In this document: positions 38,611 through 51,000 of the stretch, in pieces
How positions within the stretch are numbered: the stretch's first letter is position 1
Layout of the letters: every line of letters starts with the position of its first letter
Assembly: GCA_964035545.1 (NCBI GenBank)
Contig: OZ037765.1
Coordinates: forward strand, 29,945,504 to 30,009,503
DNA: 64,000 nucleotides
Source of the DNA: Bugula neritina
Lineage: Eukaryota > Animalia > Bryozoa
Direction: 5' to 3'
The notes under the pieces: generated by a model
Seen by the model: only the letters and a program-made list of their open reading frames with translations
What the model was told of the DNA's origin: nothing
The model's database searches: none
Translations under genes and position numbers: made by a program

Positions 38611-41307
38611 CTACTGTTGATAACCAGACCAGCTACCAACATTGGTCTGTTGTGAGTAATCACCAGCCCCAGACCCATAAGCTGGAGTAGAACTCTGCCA
38701 ACTTTGTGCTCCTGCCTGCTGACTGTAAGCAGATGATGTGTCTTGTGTCTGTCCATAACCGCCGTAACTCCCCGACTGGCCACCATATCCACTATAACCC
38801 CCTTGCTGCCCATATCCAGCTCCCTGCTGTCCATAACCCCCTTGTTGTCCATAACCTCCTTGTTGATATCCACTCCCTTGCTGGCCATACCCCCCTTGCT
38901 GCCCGTATCCGCTACCCTGCTGTCCATACCCACCAGATCCACCGTATCCAGAGTTTGGATCTGTCCAGTTGTTGTAACCTTGGCTGTAGCCGCCTCGTCC
39001 ACCACCACCCCTTCCTCGACTCCCTCCTCTAAATCCACCTCCTACGAAACCTCGGCCTCTACCCCCTCCTCTGTTACCATCAAACGTTCCACCTGAACAT
39101 AGAATTACAGCCACATGCTCAATATTTACAGAGACAGTTGACATTTACACAAGATGTATGAATACAAATAGCATTGAGGGTTTTACCTTGCTTCTGCTCT
39201 CGGCTGTGAGCATAATTTAGTTTTACATCTCTGCCCTCGATGTTTATAGTTCCACCGGGACCCCCAACCTTATCCAGCTGTTCCTGAGCTTCATCAGGTG
39301 AATTGAACCGCACAAAGCCATATCTAAAACAGGAATAGATATCAATGGATATCTTCATGTAGCAAAAATATTGTTTAGAAGTATTAGTCTGTTTGGCACA
39401 TGTGACACAGCTTGCTGGAGGATCTCCCAATGTCCACCGGATGGTAAAGCGGATATCTTTACTAAGGACTGAGTGTTTGCATTGTCATATACAAAGACAC
39501 TGACCAACTGAGCGGCTAAATTACCGTTTATTCAAATGAGAACTGAAAGGTTATTTCTTTCAAAAGTAGCTGTGACTTTATTAAGTTATTTCATTTCAAA
39601 TAGTGATTGTGATTGAAATAAGAATTGCAAAAACAATTGCTCATTCAAAAAGTAGTTTTGATGCCGATTTATACACTGATTGCTGATTCATACACTGATT
39701 GCTGATTCATAGTGATTGCTGATTCAAATACTGATTGCTGATTCATAGTGATTGCTGATTCAAATACTGATTGCTGATTCAAATACTGATTGCTGACTCA
39801 AATACTGATTGCTGATTCAGAAACTGATTGCATGATTGCTGACTGACTGAGATACTAAACACTTGCCACTTCACTTTAGATCGTCATCATTAAATAAGGG
39901 TTTGTCAAAACACAATTTTAGCTCTAGATTTTAGAGTAAATCCAATTAATTTAAAAAATAATTGACTAGATCTCAAGTGCGTGGCAAGCAGTAATGATGA
40001 TAGACACAAATATGTTGTGATCCGTCAGTCTATGCACCACTACTTACACCTCAGCTACGCTGACCAACTGACACAAAGAATCATCGAGCAGCGAAGAACG
40101 TTGTCGTTTAGTCAGTTATGCAATGACAATGGGCGATTGAGCAACTAGTGAAGTTGATTCGAGTAACAATCATTCACCATATCACATGAACAGTGTAGGT
40201 ACGGGGAACCTGAAACATCACACATCAACAAACATCAAGGTACACAAAAGAGTATGCATTGACTCTTCCACATGGTTAATTGTACTTTGATCCTTGTAAG
40301 TCAGTTCTGTTCCAATAAAAATCTAAAAACTAAAGCTTAGGATCGGTAGAAGTAGTCTACCATTTAAAATTACAGATGAATTTAGCTTACAGGATATTTT
40401 TTACCAATATAAAAAATGATTAAACTTTTTTACCAGCAAAAAGCTCTTGAATATTAATGCCCAGATATTATGATGCTAACCCTTTTGACTGTTGTGTGCT
40501 TTTATCCACTACAACTTGAGCATGCACACTTCCTGGAAATGCCTTCTGCAAACCATCACTAGTAGTCTGGTAGTTCAAGTTACTCACATATAAAGATTCT
40601 GTGCAGGTTCCTGCAGAAAAAAAATCAGGTTTTTTGGCACAAGTTTCAAATTTATTATTACCATAACCGTAACATTTTAGAGCATATACTTTACAAATAA
40701 ATGGCTTAATTTAATTAAATATGCACGGCCAAGGTTTTTAAAGATTAGAAAATAAAATTAAAGTTGAAATATTTGAATAAAAAATTATATTGCAAGTAAT
40801 ATCAAATTATTACTAAATATTTAAACTGATTACCAATTTCAATTTGTATTTTTGGAAAACCTAGCATAGACAAAATATTGTGCTAGTTTATTCATCACAC
40901 TAAAACTAATTTAGCAATATGTCAGAAATTGAGAAGATAGCTAATGCTATAGCAATAAAAATAGTATTAGTTTTTCAGCTTATTTGAAGTCGAAGTCACA
41001 TGCACTTTGAAGTACAGTTAGTGTTATACTACTACTAGCAGTAGCAATTAGTAAAACTGGCGTCGACGACACTCACACTGGCTGCGAGTCTCAGTCTGAG
41101 TGAGTGTGACACTCAAAGTCCCACTCAGTCTCACGACTCACTATAACTAACAGCGTGAGCAATGGTCATTTGCCTTTAGTGATTCGATTGTCGATGCCAT
41201 AACATTTATTTATCACCATCATGATTATCATTGACATTATCATTATGATTACCTGTTGTGGATAAAAGAAATTTTATAAGTAAAGGAATATTTTAAAAAT
41301 TACCCAT
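38611..41307 (-). CDS. Glycine-rich RNA-binding protein: one RRM + RGG box + GYGQQG prion-like tail (~250 aa)
   Basis: Exons 41307-41304 (ATG G|gtaatt, least certain), 40610-40481, 39323-39187, 39092-38611. RNP2 LYVSNL, RNP1 KGYGFVRF, RGG repeats, GYGQQG repeats. Confidence 0.88.
39671..39850. repeat. 17-19-bp minisatellite x~9
   Basis: Units aaatactgattgctgattc / atagtgattgctgattc in intron 2 of the RRM gene; no unique spacers. Confidence 0.92.
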
Positions 41308-41329
41308 TATGATGATCCTTTTGAAGTAT

Positions 41330-41700
41330 TACTTTATCGTGTTGAATTATTGGTATCTAGTAAAACAATAACACCGAGTATTAGCTATGAAGTGTAAATG
41401 ATTTCTGAATAGCGGTAACGTTTTCAACCTCAATTCGTAACAATGGCGATAAGTCTCGGTTTTTCACGAGAATTCCTGGTGGGTCTTTTGAAAGGGAAAC
41501 ACACGAATACTCTGACAGGCAAGAGAGCACAAGTCTTCATTAACTTTATTGCGGCTAAATTGACTTGTCCAATCGCTCGCTAAGAAATTTCAACGTTAGC
41601 CCCATATTTAATGCGTCATAAGCTTGTGTGTTTCCGAGTGTACGTGTAGCCGCCTCATTCTTAGAAAGCCAGTCACCATATGCAAGTTAGCAAGAGGCTA
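41330..41700. promoter_or_regulatory. Promoter region between head-to-head RRM gene and MACIT collagen
   Basis: Start codons only ~730 bp apart; CpG-enriched; YY1-like CAATGGCG at 41441 and CCAAT at ~41569. Confidence 0.5.
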
Positions 41701-42040
41701 GCAGTCCATAGATGAATGAATGCTTTGTATTTTATAGTAAAGCAAGTGTGTGCCTAATTACTTCTTACTTGATATAGTAAGCGTGTATAGGTAGAACATA
41801 TTGCAGGCATGACTATTGGTAAATTCATGTATGTAACAGCAAACAGAGTAGTTCGAAAAAGCTTGTGAACATCGTAGCAGGCTACTTTTATTTATGGATA
41901 CTTGTAATTGTTAAAAACATATTTTTTGGACCACTGTAGACTTTAGGATAAAACATTAAGCTGTATTAGAAATCAAAATATAAAGTGAGAAGATTTAGGA
42001 TATGCAGAATTCTTAAAGTTGGTATAATACTTTGGAAATT

Positions 42041-45000
42041 ATGCAAGGTGATACAAGAAAAAACCGGCAGCTGCTTTTGTCTACATACTGTTCGAGCTCA
42101 CACGGCAAGGATAATCTCCCGATTACCGAATCATCAGGAACACCAACTTACTCTTCTAAAGGTGCTGCATACTCACTAATATCAGACAATGCTGTTGACA
42201 GAAACAACACTCCAAAAAGCCGAAAGAAACTTTTCCAAAAAGAATCTTCAACTGCACCTCACCGAACCTGTGCATCGAATTTCCTGCTCATTTGCCATGT
42301 CTTGTTGACAGTCACATTAGTGATTATTTTAGCATATTCCTTACTAAACTCGCAATACTTAGAAAAAAGAATCGGGACATTAGAAAAAGAAATGAAGTAC
42401 AAACAACTGGACATTCTTAATAATGTAACTCTAGTATCTAATATAAAAAATATCGTATCACACGAAATTCATAAGGTAAGAAACATATATTATACTAATA
42501 AGTCTAATAGGTGCATGTAAGTTTAATAAGGTACTTTATCATCATAATTAACCTATTAAATGTTAAAAATGTATACCCAAATATATCTTGAATTTTCAAG
42601 CAGATACATAATACCATGTTGTTAAGCACTTCCCTTCAAGCTAGTAAGTACTGCATGATCTTGTAGTAGACTCAAATTGCTAGAAGAAAAAAATTGTTTA
42701 CTCTTATTAAAGGGTGCTTTGTTAGTATTTTTAAACACTACTAATACTGAAGCTGCAAAATGTGTAGAAATAACAGGAATGCCGCGAGTTACATCTGCAT
42801 TCACGAGCTTTCCACGAATAAGAATTCCAAGATCGTTATGTATTCAGCTGAAGTGATAAATAATAACGGCCTGTGCATGTTCATTCAATTGTAAAAACTT
42901 CCTTTGTTTAATACAATGAATAGCTCTCCTATCATTGCTATTTGTAGCAAAGCCTGAGCAGTTCTTTCCAAATATACTTGAGTTTTCAAATCGCAACGTA
43001 CAGCCTGTATTTTATATTGTAGAGTCTTGGTATAATTTCTTTAATGTTTGCAAGCAGGGGCAAAAATATATTAAACTATTTATATCCAGTCTTGTATAGA
43101 GTGCTTTAAAACCTCATGCAACACTAACTATTTTTATTGCAATCTCAATATTGAAATAGCTTATATTGATTTAAAATAAAACGGAATTGTTTTTTAATTT
43201 TTCAATTTTCAAAAGATGATAATTGTTTTAATGTAGTGAAAAGTGGTCTTACGGCCACTCTCCCCGAATATAATATCTTGAGCTGTAAATTCAACATAGT
43301 ACTAGCATAGACAATAGAGCATTGCGTATTCCCAGCAAACAAAACCTTAGTACAATGTATGACAAACAATTGAAATTATTTAGATATTTGATATGCATGC
43401 AACAAGATACAGTCTTGCAAACAAATCTCCCCCTTAGCTCTTCTGTTAAATGCCTGTAACACTGGAGAATATACTGGGCTGTACCTGTTGCAGTGCATTA
43501 ATGAATTTTTAGACCAAGCTAAGCATTGTTTGTTTATAAACTTTCTTTATATTTGAAAGTGAAATTCTAATGGCAACAAAACCACAGATGAGTGTCATAA
43601 CCAAAAATCCTACCAGTCTATGGTTTAGCTAAGAATGGCAGCGTATATCTTCTGCTGCCAATTCAACCATAAGCTGCCAATTCAAATCTATTTTAAGCAG
43701 ACCTTTGTCAATGTAGCTTTTTTTTTCTCTACAGCTAAAGTTATGTTTCGTTCATTTATACAATGATAGAAGAAATGAGTGTTTTGTATATGATAAAAGT
43801 GATAAAACACCTTCTGTAAAATAATAATCCACCAAATACTGCAACATATTAGAAGCAGCTTCGTCCTGGTGGTTTGGGTGTCATTATTATTGACTGTCAT
43901 AAGGATTAAAACCTAGCACATGCTAGGTTTTAATCCCTATAACAGTCAATAATAATGTTAGGGAAGGCATCCAGTTATATTTGCTACCTTAAAAGTGGTT
44001 AAATCATGCTGCTAGCATAGTGAGAGGCACCAGCTTAAGAACCCTTACAGCAGGAGTTCTCATAGGGGTGGAGAATTGAAACAAACATGAGTTTATTTAA
44101 GACTTTGTTGGCATTTAAGTATTTTTATGTATATTGAAGGTGCTAAACTCGACTGATTATACACAGACGGCTCAAGACAACTTCCTCTCCAGACAACAAC
44201 GATCTCCAACCAAAAACTGCTTGTGCCCAGCAGGTATTGTGTCAAATCAATAAAGTTTCAAGCAACTTTTATCGTTTGTCTCGTTTGCTTATGTCAAGTG
44301 CATCAACAAATTCTATATATAGGCAGATAAGATATAAATTACTTTAAAAATGGAATAAATTGTAAATATATGGGACAACATTTTAGCTAGTAACTGTAAA
44401 ACACTTAGATTAGCATTCCATGAAATACTTTCTTCAATCTATAACATATTGCATCAGTCCAGTATGCTAGTTCCTGTTAGATATAATTTACAAGAGTCAG
44501 GGGTCTTATTTTGCTAGTTTGCCTAAAGCATAAACATATTTATCAGACTGCCTACTGTGAATGCTTACTGCTACGCTGTGAAGTTAGCTCTATTCTGATA
44601 AGATATATTAATTTCGCTGTCTATATTTTGTTATTTTATCTTGCATCAGCAACCTGATTTAAAAATAATAACAATGTTTTATCTACTTTCATTTAAAACT
44701 TTCAGTGTTTAAAATATCTATTGCAGGCCAAAAAGGTGATAAAGGAGACTCTGGAATTAAGGTAAGATGTTAAGCAGTTGCTATATTTATGAAAAGCCGA
44801 TGCTAAGTTACTGGGACTTTAAAAGAATGCAATGAATTCATATAGCTGGTTCACCGATGCTAAAATATGCCAACATTTAAAATCACTTCCTTTCCTTCAA
44901 AAGCTAGAGCTTAAGCATATGAGTTGGCAGTTCGAGTTTTTCCTGTTTTAATTAGTTAATAGTTTATGAAATCCGACTAGAACATTGTTAACTCAATGCA

Positions 45001-48000
45001 TTTAACCATCACCCTATTTATCAGCCATGAATCAATGTCAGTCACATAATTTCTGAATAGTCCATTATCTATTACATCCTTCCACTCATACTCACTCTAC
45101 ATGAGTCCTCATGGGCTGTATTGCACTTCCACTCACCTTTATTAGATTAATGTTCTTCCCAGTCAACAATGAACATCTTGTAAATAAAAAACAATTACTT
45201 ATTTATAATTACTTGCCTTGTATTTATTACTCATTAGAATGACATCAGCTATTTGTGCTGTTTCAACAGGAAACTGCAGCAAAATCTGTAACTTGTTGAA
45301 AATTAAAGTGATATAAAGGTCTTCTGTCTATCATAGCAGACTAATTTAATTTGCTATCTGATAAAATGAAACAATTCTATTTAAAAAGCATGACTCTATT
45401 CAGTAAGTAACGATTTCTGTAGGCAATCATGTTTATGAAGCTCTTATCAAATGAATATAAGGTTGATTTTACTTGTTTGTACTTTAATGAGGCCGTGTAC
45501 CAATTATTTATAAAATTATATTTAATTTTGTTGAAAATTAGCACTATTAAATTAAAACTCAATCTAATATTACAGGGACCAATTGGGATGCCCGGATGGC
45601 CCGGCCAAAAGGTAAAAAAATATAACCTAATTTTTTAGTAAATAAAATAATTTGGTTTTGATACTACTAACTAGCTAAATTTAAAACATGCTTGATTTGA
45701 AGTCAGTTTCCTTTTGCGCTCTGATTAGGTTACTTAAATGTGTTTTATTTGACAATTTCAGAAAGTTCCTTGTGCTGACAAATTATTATTCAATTTAAAT
45801 GTTTCTCACCAATATAAGACTGTTGGCATGAAGGTAGTGCCAGCTCAAACTATTTTACAGCAAAATCTGAGAAAGTAAAGCATTTTTAGTCTGATTTTTA
45901 TTCTTGAAAATTTTGATATCAAAGCTGTTAATTAATATTCAATACTGAGCTGCCCTTCAGGCTTCACCTTATTGACTCTTTGCACATTCCTCATCAATCC
46001 TTAATTTGGCCATTCTGGTCTTGATAGCTTGGCTAATATTGCTACTACCAGGCTTTGTATTGTCTACCTGACCATATATATCTTAGCTTCCTAAATTAGG
46101 ATGTAGATGAACAGCATTTTGTCACATTTTACATAACAATGTTATTACATAATCAACATTATAAATCAAAACTTCTATTCCACTGCCGAGAATATAACCT
46201 GGGCTCTAATCTCTTATGATCACTTGTTTGCATTTTTAATAACTAAGTCAATGCTAGCCGTGAATATCTTATATAGATGTGAAACCTGGGCTACGCAATG
46301 TGTTTATTTATGTCTGCAATAGTTGCCTGCATGCTCTTACCCTGGCCACTACATTCTATACTGCACCGGTAGAATGTACACCAAATACATTCTTTTTGTT
46401 TAAGTATCTTACAAGCTTTTAAAGCATCATAAAACTATTATCACAAATCTCATATAAAGAGCTGCTAAAAAAGCTCATGAACTTTAATTTATAGCCTAAT
46501 AATGTATGCAAAATTACTACATTTCGACTCTAGTTGACTTCTATCATACCCTTCGTTTAATTCTCACACATGCACTGTCTTGTATTCATTGTTTGGACGT
46601 CATATGTTTCTAGGGAGACCGAGGGCGAAACGGCTTTCCAGGATGGCCGGTTTGTAACTTTCTTTGAGTGCATCTAACACTACAGTATATATCATACAGC
46701 TTGCTCTAATATTCTTTGCTCACAGATGATTTACCCTTACTTTCATAGTAACCATAATATAGAACTTATTAACCACTCCCAAATTTCATATCTTCACCTC
46801 TTAACACTTGCATTTCCCCTCTTATTTATTAACTGCACCAAAGACGTGTGATCATCCATCTATGTGATACCAGGTCAGCAATAATAAGATAGTATTTTCT
46901 AGAAAAAATGTTGGTGTTTGATTCGAGCTTTTGTAACTTGTAATTAGAATGCTGGCTGTGACAATGGCAAATTATATCTTGTACTAATGTAATGCAAGTC
47001 AATAATTGCGGGATAAGTGTTCATATTGTTTGATTTTGAGTAAATTCACTGCTTCTGTAGTGAAATTAACATTAGCCCTACTTTATATAACACTTATTGC
47101 AGTTATGTTGTCTGCCGTAAGGCTAACACTTATCTGGTGTCACACATTGCAGGCACAATTTAGAAAATCAAACTAAAATGTTTGACTATTATTGGAAACT
47201 ATAGAAGTAAATTGGTATTTGTTTATATGAATATAGCCTCACATAATGACATTATAGGACATGTTTTGAACTAGTTTTGTGGTCTGGAAATTGTTAATAC
47301 CCCCAACACCTGTCAGCCCAGTGATATGTAAGATTGTACTGAGCAGCATACCTCTACACGCACAACATTTAATATGCATTACTATTACTATATTATTAGC
47401 CTAATTTTATACATTATTTTGGCCGATCAGAGAAGGGTCACAGCTAGAGCCCAGTAGCTAATAACAATCATAATTGCTGGTAGTATTAGCTAGCAGATGG
47501 GGCCCAGAACTATTGTTAAAGTCATCCTAACTTGACATCATCAACAAAATCTGGTTACTATTTAGTTACTTAGTGCACATTTCCTTATGGAAACCAACAA
47601 TCTGTTCATATTTACAGCTTTGTTTAAGGCCCATAGCCGTAATGAAGTCCAAATTTGTAGTTTAGATAAAAACATAAATTCATCTTACCAACCATTTTAA
47701 ATTTCGTCGAGTATTCCGTTTTCACTTACCCATCAGCTAAATCTAAATAAGACTGACTAACTTAATTTCACAAGCAATCATTAACATGCAGCTATGTTTT
47801 CATTTGCAGGTAAATTGTTAACAATTCTTGTCTTGTTTTCATTAACCCACAGGCTGCTACTGATATTGCAATGATTGCATTCTACAAAAATATTTCAAGC
47901 ATTTTTACTTTGCTCTACTATAGCTTATCCCCAATTATCGCCTGCTCTATCTATTTGTTTAGATAACCGTTTACCTCATCAATAGTATGCTTTCTTTCTT

Positions 48001-51000
48001 TACTGTACTCTGTTTGCTTTTGATAGCAATTAGCAATACAGTATAGCTTATTGTTATTATTTTTATTTATACCACACCAACTAATTATACGCCTACAATT
48101 TTACAAACTGCAGCCGTATAATTTTTCACCATTACGGCAGCCTCAATAACTTTTGAATATAATTCTGAGATAATAAAAATTTGCTGCCTCCGCTGCCTGC
48201 TAGTCACATGACTGAATGCCTGCAGCTCCATGTGTTGAGGCACTACTAGATGTAATAACTTGTCTGTAGCTGGTCACTAACTATTTTGCAGACTACTTCC
48301 TAGTGGCTCTTTAGCAACTAAGTAACGCATTAGCCTCACCTCCCACATATACTCTATAGTACAACATTACATTCATTGCAAGTGTAGAATTATTCAGGAA
48401 CAAGGTCTAAGTTCTGGCTAGTTACTAAATACCTTGTAATTCTCATTATTGTTATATTATAATAGTTTAGCTGTATGCGGTGTATACTTTCATGTTGTAA
48501 ATGCCTCACAAATTATCTGTTCTACTTTGAAGGGCTCTATAGGCACTCCGGGACCTCCTGGCAAAGCGGTAAGTGTTGCATTAAGGCGATGTCTTCACAT
48601 AAGTTGGGTGTCTGTATAGTAATCAAATGTTAAGTAGAGCTTGAGGCACTTTGAATCCTTTAGTCTGGATGCTTTGGGTTAACAAACCCTTTCCTGCTCC
48701 AGTGTTAATTTCTAACACTTAATTATGTTGTTATATAATGTTTATATGGTATTAAAGGCTGGTACAAAATAATTCTTCAAGCATATATAGTTTTGTGTAA
48801 AAGTTGAAAATTTGTAAGAATAATTTCTGTGTCAATGTTTTATGAATTGAAATTTATATAATTTGCTATTTTACTGTTCAGGGTGCTAAAGGCAAAGAAG
48901 GAGATAAAGGGGAGAAGGTAGTTAATGTTTACTATTACTAATAGATAAAATCATTATGCTTTTCATGTGTGTACTTGCAAACTTTTCACTTTTAGTGTAA
49001 CATTATTTAGTGTTTATAAAGTCTTTGAAACATTACTAAAATATAGTATGGTATAGCAATATGTAATCTACATAGTAAAATATAATTATTAATCAACATT
49101 TTCTTTATTTATGTTGATATTTGTTAGGGAGCCATAGGATTGCGAGGGATTAAAGGAAATACTGGAACACCTGGAATTGGCTTAAAAGTGAGTTACTCTC
49201 AAATATTACATCTTATAGCATGTCTTTTTCTGTAGCATAACTATGTATATTGGGGGGGGGGAGGTCTGAGGGGGATATAGGATAAATATTATTTACAGCA
49301 ACTCGGTGTAGTGAGTAATTAATGGTCAAAAAGTTTAGTAATTGAAGAAACATTTAACCTGTCATAGTGTAAAGATGTTGGCACCTGAAGAAATGAAATG
49401 AAAGAAAAATTCAATATCATAGTGATAAATGACTAATGAAAAAGACTAATTGCTTACAAGTAAAATAATACCCAACTGATACATGTATTTTTGTGATAGA
49501 AGATATACATTGTGGTTTTGAATCACTCAATATAAAATCATTGATATTTATCAGGAGTCTGGAATTATGGACGCTGCATTGTGTATTTGTACTAGTAAAT
49601 ATATGTATGTAAATATTTGTACGAGTGGTTTTCTCTAGATAAGTTATTCTACCAAAACTGCTAATTTTCTACTTCACTAAGGTTGTGTTCTACCCTGAAA
49701 GCCCATGTGTAGAATCTAACAGTAAGCCCGCATATAACGCTACATTTTGCATATTTCCCAGCAATGTAGGATCAATTACGAATCTGGTGTAATTTTCTTA
49801 TGTAAACACATTGTAACCCCTTTGATTGTAGGGAGAAAAAGGGGAGCAAGGTGTTTCAGAATCAATCATTAATGACATTAATAATGAGGATGTTATACTG
49901 AGGATTATCGAGCTAAAGGTAAATACAATAATCTTTATCTACATAATTACCCGATATCCTTTATATTCTTTTATCAAAATGTTTAGCTACAAGTTAACTA
50001 AGCTTGTTTGTTACCAAACCTTATTATGCTATTAATGATTATTCTCATTGTTTTTCTTAAGCTGCTATAATTAGTCTTTTTCCAAACACTGCTTATTGTG
50101 ACGTAATGTGTTGGTTCATTAGTAGTTTGAGATACTCTGGCTAACTTTGTATTTTCAAATTTTTAAACTCTATAATTAAAATATTATGATGCATTACTAT
50201 TGACAATGGAGTTGTCCCATTTTTAACCCTTGCATTGTTTAATAATATTCCAGTGTAAAAACTAGTGTCTATTTAAGTTTCTTAATAGTCAAAACTTAGA
50301 TGCAAAAGCAAAATTGTTCTAGCCAGCTATGATTCACTATAATATATAAGAATCTTAAAACAAATATAATAATAATGAAAAGTAAGTGAAACTACATGTA
50401 TAACATTTAGCTCTTCTGACGCTGTCTATGATTTTCATATAAGTATATAACATATTTTGACAGTATATAGCAGTATATCTCATTTTAATTACACATCATT
50501 ATGAATAAGAAAATGAGTTTAAAGTTTAATAGAGGTAACATAATATTTATAACATAAAGCAAATAGTTAGCCATTTGATTGAGATAATGCAAAGTTTGTA
50601 TCAACCATGTGAGCTATGTTTTAGGGTGAGCCAGGAACTCCTGGCCTACCAGGTTTGAAAGGAGAGGCTGGAGCAAATGGAAAGCCTGGACTACCAGGGC
50701 TTGACGGTAAGGTGGGAATCCCAGGAATGAAAGGCAGCCCCGGTAGAGCTGGACCACCAGGTCCTGTTGGCCTGAATGGAAAACCAGGCTTTCATGTGAG
50801 CATATTTATAATCAACTTAATTCAGTGCTCCCTCCGTATCTTGCTAATCTGTATGTTCCAAAACCTCAATTTGTGACATAGTAGAATGGATCTCACGGAT
50901 CTGTTAAATTTGGCTATTTTGTCCCTATACACATACATAAGCCACAAAACATGGGTCCAAGCCCTTCTTGTGACCTGTGGAATTTTGTGAGATCTGGAAC

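Noticed and set aside
38592-39096. Overlapping alternative-frame and antisense ORFs over the GYGQQ exon
   Set aside because: Shadows of a repetitive Gly-rich coding exon; no independent splice or domain evidence.
39671-39850. Regular repeat array suggestive of CRISPR
   Set aside because: Units are head-to-tail with no unique spacers, it lies in a eukaryotic intron, and there are no cas genes; it is a minisatellite.
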